Position numbers and translations under genes: made by a program | NCBI RefSeq assembly: GCF_000195955.2 | Contig: NC_000962.3 | Location: 1,830,001 to 1,862,000 of the forward strand | DNA length: 32,000 bases | Source: Mycobacterium tuberculosis H37Rv | GTDB taxonomy: Bacteria; Actinomycetota; Actinomycetes; Mycobacteriales; Mycobacteriaceae | Direction: 5' to 3' | The notes under the pieces: generated by a model | What the model was told of the DNA's origin: nothing | What the model saw: only the letters and a program-made list of their open reading frames with translations | Databases searched by the model: none | In this document: positions 7,075-18,516 of the stretch, piece by piece | Numbering within the stretch: the stretch's first letter is position 1 | Layout: every line of letters starts with the position of its first letter

Positions 7075-9171
7075 GTGCGCGCCGGCGGTCACTTCGAGGT
7101 GGTCAGTCCGCATGCTCCGGCCGGCGACCAGCCGGCCGCAATCGACGAGCTGGAGCGGCGGATCAACGCGGGGGAGCGTGACGTGGTGTTGCTCGGCGCC
7201 ACCGGCACCGGGAAGTCGGCGACCACCGCGTGGCTGATCGAACGCCTGCAGCGGCCCACCCTGGTGATGGCGCCCAACAAGACGTTGGCCGCCCAGCTGG
7301 CGAACGAACTGCGAGAGATGTTGCCGCACAACGCCGTCGAGTACTTCGTCTCGTACTACGACTACTACCAGCCGGAGGCGTATATCGCGCAGACCGACAC
7401 TTATATCGAAAAGGATAGCTCCATCAACGACGACGTGGAGCGGCTGCGGCACTCCGCGACCTCGGCGCTGCTGTCGCGTCGTGACGTGGTGGTGGTGGCT
7501 TCGGTGTCCTGCATCTACGGCCTGGGCACACCGCAGTCCTACCTGGACCGCTCCGTCGAGCTGAAGGTGGGCGAGGAAGTGCCGCGCGATGGGCTGCTGC
7601 GGCTGCTGGTCGACGTGCAATACACCCGAAACGACATGTCCTTTACTCGCGGCTCGTTTCGGGTGCGCGGCGACACCGTCGAGATCATCCCCTCCTACGA
7701 AGAGCTGGCGGTTCGCATCGAGTTCTTCGGCGACGAGATCGAGGCGCTGTACTATCTGCACCCGCTGACCGGCGAGGTTATCCGCCAGGTCGACTCGCTG
7801 CGGATCTTTCCCGCTACCCATTACGTCGCCGGTCCGGAGCGGATGGCGCATGCCGTCTCGGCCATCGAGGAAGAACTCGCCGAGCGACTCGCCGAGCTTG
7901 AGAGCCAGGGCAAGCTGCTGGAGGCGCAGCGGCTGCGGATGCGCACCAACTACGACATCGAAATGATGCGGCAGGTCGGGTTCTGCTCGGGCATCGAGAA
8001 CTACTCCCGCCACATCGACGGTAGGGGGCCCGGCACGCCGCCCGCGACCCTGCTCGACTATTTCCCCGAGGATTTCCTGCTCGTTATCGACGAGTCACAT
8101 GTCACCGTGCCGCAGATCGGCGGCATGTACGAGGGCGACATCTCCCGCAAGCGCAACCTGGTGGAGTACGGTTTCCGGCTGCCGTCGGCGTGCGACAACC
8201 GTCCGCTGACCTGGGAGGAGTTCGCTGACCGGATCGGGCAGACGGTGTATCTGTCTGCCACCCCGGGGCCCTACGAGCTCAGCCAGACCGGCGGCGAGTT
8301 CGTCGAGCAGGTGATCCGGCCGACCGGTCTGGTGGACCCGAAAGTGGTAGTCAAGCCGACCAAAGGGCAGATCGACGACCTGATCGGCGAGATCCGCACA
8401 CGGGCAGACGCCGACCAGCGGGTGCTGGTGACGACGCTGACCAAGAAGATGGCCGAAGACCTCACCGACTACCTGCTGGAGATGGGCATTCGGGTGCGCT
8501 ACCTGCATTCGGAGGTCGACACGTTGCGCCGGGTCGAGTTGTTGCGCCAGCTGCGTCTGGGTGACTACGACGTGCTGGTCGGCATCAACCTGCTCCGCGA
8601 GGGCCTAGACCTGCCCGAGGTGTCGCTGGTGGCGATCCTCGACGCCGACAAAGAAGGATTCCTGCGGTCAAGCCGCAGCCTGATCCAGACCATCGGACGC
8701 GCCGCTCGCAACGTGTCCGGCGAGGTGCACATGTACGCCGACAAAATCACCGACTCGATGAGGGAAGCCATCGACGAGACCGAACGCCGGCGGGCCAAGC
8801 AGATCGCCTACAACGAGGCCAACGGAATCGACCCACAGCCGCTGCGCAAAAAGATCGCCGACATCCTCGATCAGGTCTATCGGGAGGCCGACGACACCGC
8901 CGTCGTCGAGGTCGGCGGATCCGGGCGCAACGCATCCCGCGGCCGGCGGGCTCAGGGTGAGCCCGGCCGGGCGGTCAGCGCCGGCGTGTTCGAGGGCCGC
9001 GACACCTCCGCCATGCCGCGCGCTGAGCTGGCCGACCTAATCAAAGACCTCACCGCACAGATGATGGCGGCCGCGCGCGACCTGCAGTTCGAGCTGGCGG
9101 CCCGGTTCCGCGACGAGATCGCCGACCTCAAGCGGGAGCTGCGGGGGATGGACGCGGCCGGCCTGAAGTGA
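7075..9171 (+). CDS. uvrB: Excinuclease ABC subunit B
   Basis: Walker A motif [12 protein letters not shown] box (VIDESHVT), helicase motifs and a C-terminal UVR domain ([17 protein letters not shown]). GTG 7075 gives 698 aa and aligns with the E. coli N-terminus. In-frame GTG 7012 gives 719 aa and may be the real start (see findings). The ORF-track start at 6895 is very unlikely. Confidence 0.95.
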
Positions 9172-10583
9172 CCGAAACAGCGAGCGAGACCGGCAGCTGG
9201 CGTGAGCTACTGAGCAGGTATCTGGGCACCTCCATAGTGCTGGCCGGTGGCGTCGCGCTTTACGCCACCAACGAGTTTCTGACAATCAGCCTGCTGCCGA
9301 GCACAATCGCCGACATCGGGGGTAGCCGGCTGTACGCCTGGGTGACAACCCTGTATCTGGTCGGGTCGGTGGTGGCGGCGACCACCGTCAATACGATGTT
9401 GCTGCGCGTCGGGGCGCGCTCGTCGTATCTGATGGGGTTGGCCGTCTTCGGTCTGGCCAGCCTGGTATGTGCGGCGGCGCCGAGCATGCAGATTCTGGTG
9501 GCCGGGCGTACCTTGCAAGGAATAGCCGGTGGGCTGCTGGCCGGCCTAGGCTACGCGCTGATCAACTCGACCTTGCCCAAGTCGCTGTGGACCCGTGGCT
9601 CAGCACTGGTGTCGGCGATGTGGGGGGTCGCGACGCTGATCGGACCGGCGACCGGAGGCCTTTTCGCGCAGCTCGGGCTGTGGCGATGGGCGTTCGGCGT
9701 GATGACGTTGCTGACCGCGTTGATGGCCATGTTGGTGCCGGTCGCGCTCGGTGCCGGGGGGGTCGGCCCGGGCGGCGAGACGCCGGTGGGCAGCACACAC
9801 AAGGTGCCGGTGTGGTCGCTATTGCTGATGGGGGCCGCCGCACTGGCGATCAGCGTCGCCGCGCTTCCGAACTACCTCGTCCAGACGGCCGGGCTGCTAG
9901 CCGCCGCCGCGCTGCTGGTTGCGGTGTTTGTGGTAGTCGACTGGCGGATACACGCAGCGGTGTTGCCGCCCAGCGTATTTGGCTCCGGACCGTTGAAATG
10001 GATTTACCTGACCATGTCGGTGCAGATGATTGCGGCAATGGTCGATACCTACGTGCCGCTGTTCGGTCAGCGACTGGGACACCTGACCCCGGTGGCAGCC
10101 GGGTTCTTGGGTGCCGCGCTGGCGGTGGGCTGGACGGTCGGTGAGGTCGCCAGCGCCTCGTTGAACAGTGCACGAGTTATCGGGCATGTCGTGGCAGCCG
10201 CACCGCTGGTGATGGCGTCGGGGTTGGCGCTAGGCGCCGTCACCCAGCGCGCCGATGCGCCGGTGGGGATCATCGCGCTGTGGGCGCTGGCGCTGCTGAT
10301 CATCGGGACCGGCATCGGGATCGCCTGGCCGCATCTAACGGTGCGCGCTATGGATTCTGTCGCCGACCCGGCCGAGAGCAGCGCGGCGGCCGCGGCGATC
10401 AATGTCGTACAGCTGATCTCCGGTGCTTTCGGCGCCGGGCTGGCCGGTGTGGTGGTCAACACTGCCAAGGGCGGCGAAGTGGCGGCGGCTCGTGGGCTAT
10501 ACATGGCATTTACGGTGCTGGCCGCCGCTGGTGTCATCGCCTCCTACCAGGCCACGCACCGCGACCGGCGCTTACCGCGTTGA
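9168..10583 (+). CDS. MFS-type drug efflux transporter (Rv1634-like)
   Basis: 471-aa highly hydrophobic ORF with about 14 predicted TM segments. It has an MFS-like motif ([13 protein letters not shown]). Its GTG start overlaps the uvrB TGA in the sequence GTGA (9168..9171). Confidence 0.9.
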
Positions 10584-12242
10584 CTTGACCACCTGCGAGT
10601 AGTGGAACTGCCAGCGCTCGACGATGCGGAAGCCGAGGTAGCTCGGGAACCGGTATACGGGCGTGCGCCCGAAGCCTGTTCCCGGTGACAACATTTCGCC
10701 GACCTGATGATCGGGCAACGACTTGTCACGATTGGCTATCGTCCACAGCGTGGGGCACTTGTCGATCTTGGCCGTCGTAAGCCACACAGCGACATGGCCA
10801 TCCCACAAAGTGCCGACCTTGGGGCCGTAGGTGCCGCGCTCGACGTCAATCAGCGACCGGAACGCCGCCGGCCGGGTGGCCAGCAGGGCGCGGATGGGCC
10901 CGGGTCGCCAACCCGCGGTGTTGTCCACCAGCAGGCAATCCCCGGGCTTGGCATGGGCGCTGATGACATCTGCCACCTGGCTGTAATCCCAGCCCTCTTT
11001 CGCGTACGGCCCCCGCTGTGTGAAGAAGTAGTTCGGAAACGCTGCGGCGGCAAGGAGAAACACGACCCCGGCGATGAGCCACGGCTTGCGGGCGATGGTG
11101 ACGACGCAAACCGCCAGGATGACGGCCGCGGCGGGGGCGGTGAGGATCAGGTAGCGCGGGTAGTAGATCGGTTCGACGGTCGCCGAGTAGATGAGGACGA
11201 CGGCGGTGGGCACGACGATCCAGGCTGCGCTGACGAGCACGAGCCGGTGGGTATCGCCACCGGGTCCACGAGCTCCGGCCAGATGCGCCGCGATGCCGGC
11301 AGCGACGATGAGGCCCGCGAGGATGGCGAACGGAACACTGTGATCGAAATACTGGCGGTGTATGACGTCGAGAATGATGTTTCTGTTCAACCCTGCGATC
11401 CACCCGACCTGCCAAACCTGGCCGTGGGCGAACAGTATGAACGGTGTCATGGCCCCGAGCGCGGCTGCCGTGACGACCGTCCACCAGATCACGGGAGATT
11501 TGCGTGATTTCCCGGACGCCAGCAGCGGCACCATCGTCGCATAGGCCGGTACCAACAGGGCCAGGTTGATACTGACCAAGATCGACAGCATCAAAACCAG
11601 CGCGTAGAGCAGCCACCGCCGCTGGGTGTTGCACCGCACCGCGGCCACGAGTAATACGGTCAGCCAGACGGCGGCTGCTACCGACAGCGCGGAGGAGCGT
11701 GCTTCGATTCCGGCCCACGTCACCCTGGGCAGAATCGCGAACACGGCTCCCGCACACACCGCCGTGGTGCGTCCCGAAAACTGTTTGGCAAAAACCACCA
11801 CGCCGGCGGCGGCCGCTCCAATGGCCAGGCAGCTGGGAAGCCGCGACCATAATTCGGTGGGCGGAAATATGGCGAACCAGCCATGCATCAACAGGTAGTA
11901 CAGGCCGTGCACGGCGTCGATATGGCCCAGCAGACTCCATAGCTCTGGCAATGTCCGGCTGGCTGAAGCCGAGATCGTTGCCCCCTCGTCGAACCACAAC
12001 GATGGCCTGCTTGCCCAGGCGCCGCTGATGACCGCGGCCAGCACTGCAATCGCCAGCGGGTCGAGCAGCCGGCCGCGCATCCGCGCCACCAACTCGTCGA
12101 CGTGTGCTGCCGCGGGCTGCTCCAGAGTGGAGGCGGACATGATGCGGGTCACCTTAGGGTCCGCGCGATGATCCTGGTCACCGGCGGTTCGGCGACTGGG
12201 CAGCCCGGCGTGCGGCGGTGCGCCGGGACGACTCGCATGCAT
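10572..12242 (-). CDS. GT-C family polyprenol-phosphate-mannose-dependent mannosyltransferase (Rv1635c-like, lipoarabinomannan mannose capping)
   Basis: Polytopic membrane ORF with an acidic first-loop motif (SLWFDEGAT) typical of GT-C glycosyltransferases, plus a soluble C-terminal domain. ATG 12242 gives 556 aa. An alternative ATG at 12140 has a better ribosome-binding site. The 3' end overlaps the convergent MFS gene by 12 nt. Confidence 0.85.
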   Translation of the reverse strand: MHASRPGAPPHAGLPSRRTAGDQDHRADPKVTRIMSASTLEQPAAAHVDELVARMRGRLLDPLAIAVLAAVISGAWASRPSLWFDEGATISASASRTLPELWSLLGHIDAVHGLYYLLMHGWFAIFPPTELWSRLPSCLAIGAAAAGVVVFAKQFSGRTTAVCAGAVFAILPRVTWAGIEARSSALSVAAAVWLTVLLVAAVRCNTQRRWLLYALVLMLSILVSINLALLVPAYATMVPLLASGKSRKSPVIWWTVVTAAALGAMTPFILFAHGQVWQVGWIAGLNRNIILDVIHRQYFDHSVPFAILAGLIVAAGIAAHLAGARGPGGDTHRLVLVSAAWIVVPTAVVLIYSATVEPIYYPRYLILTAPAAAVILAVCVVTIARKPWLIAGVVFLLAAAAFPNYFFTQRGPYAKEGWDYSQVADVISAHAKPGDCLLVDNTAGWRPGPIRALLATRPAAFRSLIDVERGTYGPKVGTLWDGHVAVWLTTAKIDKCPTLWTIANRDKSLPDHQVGEMLSPGTGFGRTPVYRFPSYLGFRIVERWQFHYSQVVKSTR

Positions 12243-12450
12243 TTCCCAAAAAGCCTTGCACAGCAACATTTTCCGCGATCAGCGTGCGTATTGAATCGTC
12301 GTGTCATCGCCACCATTGTCGGCTGGTTCACCGCGATCGGGCAAATGAGGGTTGCGCCACGCCGTTGCGGTGTGATTAATCTGACCTATCTATATCCGGC
12401 AACGCGATACTGTCTGGGGTTGGCGTAGCAACCGACACCTGGGAGGGTAA

Positions 12451-12891
12451 ATGAGCGCCTATAAGACCGTGGTGGTAGGAACCGACGGTTCGGACTCGTC
12501 GATGCGAGCGGTAGATCGCGCTGCCCAGATCGCCGGCGCAGACGCCAAGTTGATCATCGCCTCGGCATACCTACCTCAGCACGAGGACGCTCGCGCCGCC
12601 GACATTCTGAAGGACGAAAGCTACAAGGTGACGGGCACCGCCCCGATCTACGAGATCTTGCACGACGCCAAGGAACGAGCGCACAACGCCGGTGCGAAAA
12701 ACGTCGAGGAACGGCCGATCGTCGGCGCCCCGGTCGACGCGTTGGTGAACCTGGCCGATGAGGAGAAGGCGGACCTGCTGGTCGTCGGCAATGTCGGTCT
12801 GAGCACGATCGCGGGTCGGCTGCTCGGATCGGTACCGGCCAATGTGTCACGCCGGGCCAAGGTCGACGTGCTGATCGTGCACACCACCTAG
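12451..12891 (+). CDS. Universal stress protein (Rv1636-like, nucleotide/cAMP-binding USP)
   Basis: 146-aa ORF. The USP nucleotide-binding motif G-x2-G-x9-G-S is present as GNVGLSTIAGRLLGSV, followed by VDVLIVH. A strong Shine-Dalgarno sequence GGGAGGG lies 4 nt upstream of the ATG. Confidence 0.93.
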   Translation: MSAYKTVVVGTDGSDSSMRAVDRAAQIAGADAKLIIASAYLPQHEDARAADILKDESYKVTGTAPIYEILHDAKERAHNAGAKNVEERPIVGAPVDALVNLADEEKADLLVVGNVGLSTIAGRLLGSVPANVSRRAKVDVLIVHTT

Positions 12892-12897
12892 CGGCCG

Positions 12898-13692
12898 TTA
12901 CCAGCCGCGCGCACGCCATTCGCTGAGGCTGGGGCGTTCGGCACCCAGCTCCGTGTCGTCACCGTGGCCGGGGTAGATGACGGTGGAGTCGGCGTACACG
13001 TCGAAAACCCGGGTGGTGACGTCGTCGAGCAGTTGGGTGAAGTCGGCAGGTTGCCAGGTTTTGCCGACACCGCCGGGGAACAAGCAGTCGCCGGTGAAGA
13101 GCTGTGTGACGCCTCCGGTCACCGGCCCGCCGAGGGCCAGCGCGATCGATCCGGGTGTGTGTCCGCGCAAGTGGATGACGTCGAATGTCAGCTCGCCGAT
13201 GCGCACGCTGTCGCCGTGGGTGAGCAACCGGTCCGGTTTGACCGGCAGCGGGTCGGCGTCGATCGGATGGGCCGCGGTCGGCGCCCCGGTGGCCGCGGCC
13301 ACCGCTTGCAGCGCCTGCCAGTGGTCGAAGTGCTGGTGACTGGTAACGATCAGGGCCAGCTTCGGCGCGTACCGCCGGACCAGGTCGATGAGGACCTCCG
13401 CGTCATTGGCGGCGTCGATCAGCAGGGTTTCTCCGGTCGCTGAACACGTCACCAGGTAGGCGTTGTTGTCCATCGGGCCCACCGATGCCTTGAGGATCGT
13501 GGCGCCGGGCAGGAAGCGACGCGCCGCCTTGCCGCGTTCGACGTGTCCGGTGTAGTTGTCGTCGACTGTTGTCATATGCGCCACTGCTCCTATGCCGGCT
13601 GCGCCGGCATCATCGTCGTTGGCGCGGGTCATATGCGCCGACGTTACGACGTTACCGGTCCCCTGATGGTTGTCGGTACGGGCACATAGCAT
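12898..13692 (-). CDS. MBL-fold metallo-hydrolase (glyoxalase II-like, Rv1637c-like)
   Basis: HxHxDH motif (SHQHFDHW), plus downstream His and Asp ligands ([17 protein letters not shown]). The start is uncertain. 13692 is the conventional choice; 13632 and especially 13575 are alternatives (see findings). Confidence 0.85.
   Translation of the reverse strand: MLCARTDNHQGTGNVVTSAHMTRANDDDAGAAGIGAVAHMTTVDDNYTGHVERGKAARRFLPGATILKASVGPMDNNAYLVTCSATGETLLIDAANDAEVLIDLVRRYAPKLALIVTSHQHFDHWQALQAVAAATGAPTAAHPIDADPLPVKPDRLLTHGDSVRIGELTFDVIHLRGHTPGSIALALGGPVTGGVTQLFTGDCLFPGGVGKTWQPADFTQLLDDVTTRVFDVYADSTVIYPGHGDDTELGAERPSLSEWRARGW
13592..13610 (-). promoter_or_regulatory. Perfect 8-bp inverted repeat (ATGCCGGC-tgc-GCCGGCAT) next to a candidate Shine-Dalgarno sequence of the MBL hydrolase gene
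   Basis: The repeat is visible directly in the sequence. On the minus strand it reads hairpin, then AGGAG (13587..13591), then 11 nt, then ATG (13575). It lies between two copies of the 12-mer GTCATATGCGCC (13571..13582 and 13628..13639). Confidence 0.35.
13670..13692 (+). promoter_or_regulatory. RecA-NDp / PafBC-type DNA-damage promoter for uvrA
   Basis: TTGTCGGTa-cgggcaca-TAGCAT matches the published mycobacterial motif tTGTCRgtg-N8-TAnnnT at all conserved positions except one lower-case base. The predicted transcription start is near 13699-13700, about 40 nt upstream of the uvrA GTG at 13741. Confidence 0.6.
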
Positions 13693-13740
13693 GGGATACG
13701 GCCTTTGGCCGGCGAGATGAGTTTCAGTGAAAGGGACAGC

Positions 13741-16659
<2,919 letters not shown>

Positions 16660-16715
16660 GCTGGACTATCGCCGCGCGTCAAGTCTGTGCTCACGGCGGC
16701 GAACTGGGTGCGGTC

Positions 16716-16973
16716 TCACTCATCGGTGTGCATCGACTCACGGATCTGAGCTAGCCGTTCGGCTGCCGCGCGCTGCCGCTGCGCGTACTGATCTTCGAGC
16801 CGGCGGCCTTGCGGGCTCTCGGCGTCGAGTTCGGTTGCCCCCAGGGCCGTTCCGTATCGGGTTTCGATCTTCTCGCGGACGGATTCGAAGGTCGGTACCC
16901 CAGCGCTGTCGTACCGCGGATCGGACTCGGAATTCGGCGTCGTGGCTTCCGGTGGTGTCGGTTCGTCGGGCAT
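16716..16973 (-). CDS. Small conserved hypothetical protein (Rv1638A-like), 85 aa
   Basis: The ORF has an acidic, proline-rich N-terminus and a predicted helical C-terminus (EDQYAQRQRAAAERLAQIRE). The AGGAG upstream of its ATG overlaps the TAG stop of the preceding esterase gene, which suggests translational coupling. Confidence 0.6.
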   Translation of the reverse strand: MPDEPTPPEATTPNSESDPRYDSAGVPTFESVREKIETRYGTALGATELDAESPQGRRLEDQYAQRQRAAAERLAQIRESMHTDE

Positions 16974-16988
16974 GCTCTGGCAATGCTC

Positions 16989-18458
16989 CTATCTGCCGGT
17001 ACCGGCGATCTGCTGTGTCGTACCCGGCAACGGGATCTTAGGCACTCCCGGAGTGGCCAGTTGGCCGGCCAGCCATGGCAGCGCCGCAGCGAAAACCCGG
17101 TCGGCGAAAGGCCAGTCGTGCTTGCCCGGTTGTGGAACCACGGCGCAGTAGATGCCGTTGGCGCGGCCGAGGGCGCACAGTGCATTGGCGGCAGCGGCCT
17201 GGTTGCCTGGGTTGGCGGCGGCATCGCGACCGGCCAGCCGCATCGTGGTGGTATCGGCGACAGCGTTGTCGGGCGAGGGTGGACCCGGCGAAGAGATCGC
17301 GAACCAACCCGACAGTCCGGTGTAGCTGCCATGCCGGGTGATCACCGTCGTCGGGTCAAACGCCGACCAGGCGTCTTCGTTGCCGCCGAACAACCTGACG
17401 ATGGTTTGCGTCTTGTTGCCAGCGTTCGGGTAGAAATCACCGGCGATGTCGACAAACGCGCTAAACAGTGTCGGGTGCATGACGGTCAGATCCACCGCGC
17501 AGGTCCCACCCATCGACCAACCCACGATGCCCCAGCTGGTCTGTTCGGGACTGACGCCGAATTTCGAGACCATGTAGGGCACAACATCTTTAGTCAAGTG
17601 GTCGGCCGCGTTGCCACGCCGTCCATTGACGCATTCGGTGTCGTTGTTGAACGCGCCGCCGGAATCCACGAATACCACGACGGGAGCATTGCCGCTGTGG
17701 GCGGCCGCAAAGTCGTCGAGCGTCTTCACCGCGTTACCGGCTCGCGCCCAATCGGCGGGTGTGTTGAATTGACCGCCGATCATCATCACCGTCGGCAGCT
17801 GCGGCGGCGGAGGGTTCTCGGAACGATGCTCTCGGTCGAACCAGGCCGGCGGCAGGTACACCAGTTCGCCGCGATGCTTGAAGTGTGATGCGTCGGAAGG
17901 GATCACCACTGGCAACAACGTGCCGTGCGACGGCCGCACCCCACTGTGCGCCAGTGCGGCAACAGCGGCCTGATCGGCCTGGTCGGGCAACGGGCCGGAG
18001 GTGAGCTGGTTCCACGCGGTCTGCACGGTCGGGAAGTAGCCAACCCACAGGTTGAGCGTCAAGGTCGCGCTGAGCAGACAGAGGGGCACGGCCAGCAGCG
18101 ACGCGCCGCGGCGCCACCACCGCGCGCTGCGCCAGCCCAGGATCAACACCGTCGCCGCCGCGCCGGTCAACGCGACCCAGATCCACAGCGTGCTCGGCGG
18201 CCGTTCGTTGGCCAGGCCGTTGCCGGTGACATACCAGCGCGTCCCCCATGCCAGGGTGGCCCCGATAGCGGCGGCCGTCGGCAGCCACCGCCGTTGCCAG
18301 TGACGTGATCGCCACCCTGCCGCCAGCACCAGCACGACCGCGGTCACGACCTGGACAGCGAGCGGCACCCAACCGTGCATCAGCGATGTGTGGCCTACTG
18401 CTAACGGCTGCGTCGCGGCTGGCGGCGTCGACGCGGTCACCAGTTCATTCTGAGCCAT
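16989..18458 (-). CDS. Membrane-anchored alpha/beta-hydrolase (esterase D / putative esterase family, Rv1639c-like)
   Basis: 489 aa. The N-terminal ~150 aa contain four or five hydrophobic helices. The C-terminal domain has a GxSxG nucleophile elbow (GWSMGG) in a context like mycolyltransferase/esterase D families (VYLPPAW..., PVVVFVDSGG). Confidence 0.85.
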   Translation of the reverse strand: MAQNELVTASTPPAATQPLAVGHTSLMHGWVPLAVQVVTAVVLVLAAGWRSRHWQRRWLPTAAAIGATLAWGTRWYVTGNGLANERPPSTLWIWVALTGAAATVLILGWRSARWWRRGASLLAVPLCLLSATLTLNLWVGYFPTVQTAWNQLTSGPLPDQADQAAVAALAHSGVRPSHGTLLPVVIPSDASHFKHRGELVYLPPAWFDREHRSENPPPPQLPTVMMIGGQFNTPADWARAGNAVKTLDDFAAAHSGNAPVVVFVDSGGAFNNDTECVNGRRGNAADHLTKDVVPYMVSKFGVSPEQTSWGIVGWSMGGTCAVDLTVMHPTLFSAFVDIAGDFYPNAGNKTQTIVRLFGGNEDAWSAFDPTTVITRHGSYTGLSGWFAISSPGPPSPDNAVADTTTMRLAGRDAAANPGNQAAAANALCALGRANGIYCAVVPQPGKHDWPFADRVFAAALPWLAGQLATPGVPKIPLPGTTQQIAGTGR

Positions 18459-18516
18459 TTCGGGCGGTGATTTGTTGGGGGTTTCCTGTGATCCGACGGA
18501 CGCCCACCGGCTCCGG

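Noticed and set aside
6814-8013. 399-aa ORF antisense to uvrB. Similar long ORFs occur opposite or out of frame with real genes (2333..3394 -, 13837..15342 -, 10846..11997 -, 16809..17888 +, 26942..27895 -).
   Set aside because: They lie opposite or out of frame with genes that carry unambiguous conserved motifs. Their translations are Arg/Pro/Gly/His-rich low-complexity sequence with no recognisable domains. Long stop-free alternative frames are expected at ~65% G+C.
9756-9762. G7/C7 homopolymer tracts inside or near coding regions as possible phase-variation sites: 9756..9762 in the MFS pump, 22336..22342 in infC, 30940..30946 in pheT, 28709..28715 near pheS.
   Set aside because: With G and C each near 33%, roughly nine runs of seven or more per base are expected by chance in 32 kb, so these few are not enriched. 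Two lie in essential genes where frameshifts would be lethal. A single sequence cannot show length variation. Only the pheS-proximal tract is kept as part of a finding.
12371-12386. cAMP-receptor-protein-like site TGTGA-ttaatc-TGACC upstream of the cAMP-binding universal stress protein gene.
   Set aside because: It has one perfect half-site, but the second half matches TCACA at only 3 of 5 positions. A single TGTGA pentamer is expected by chance. The thematic link to cAMP is tempting but unsupported by the sequence alone.
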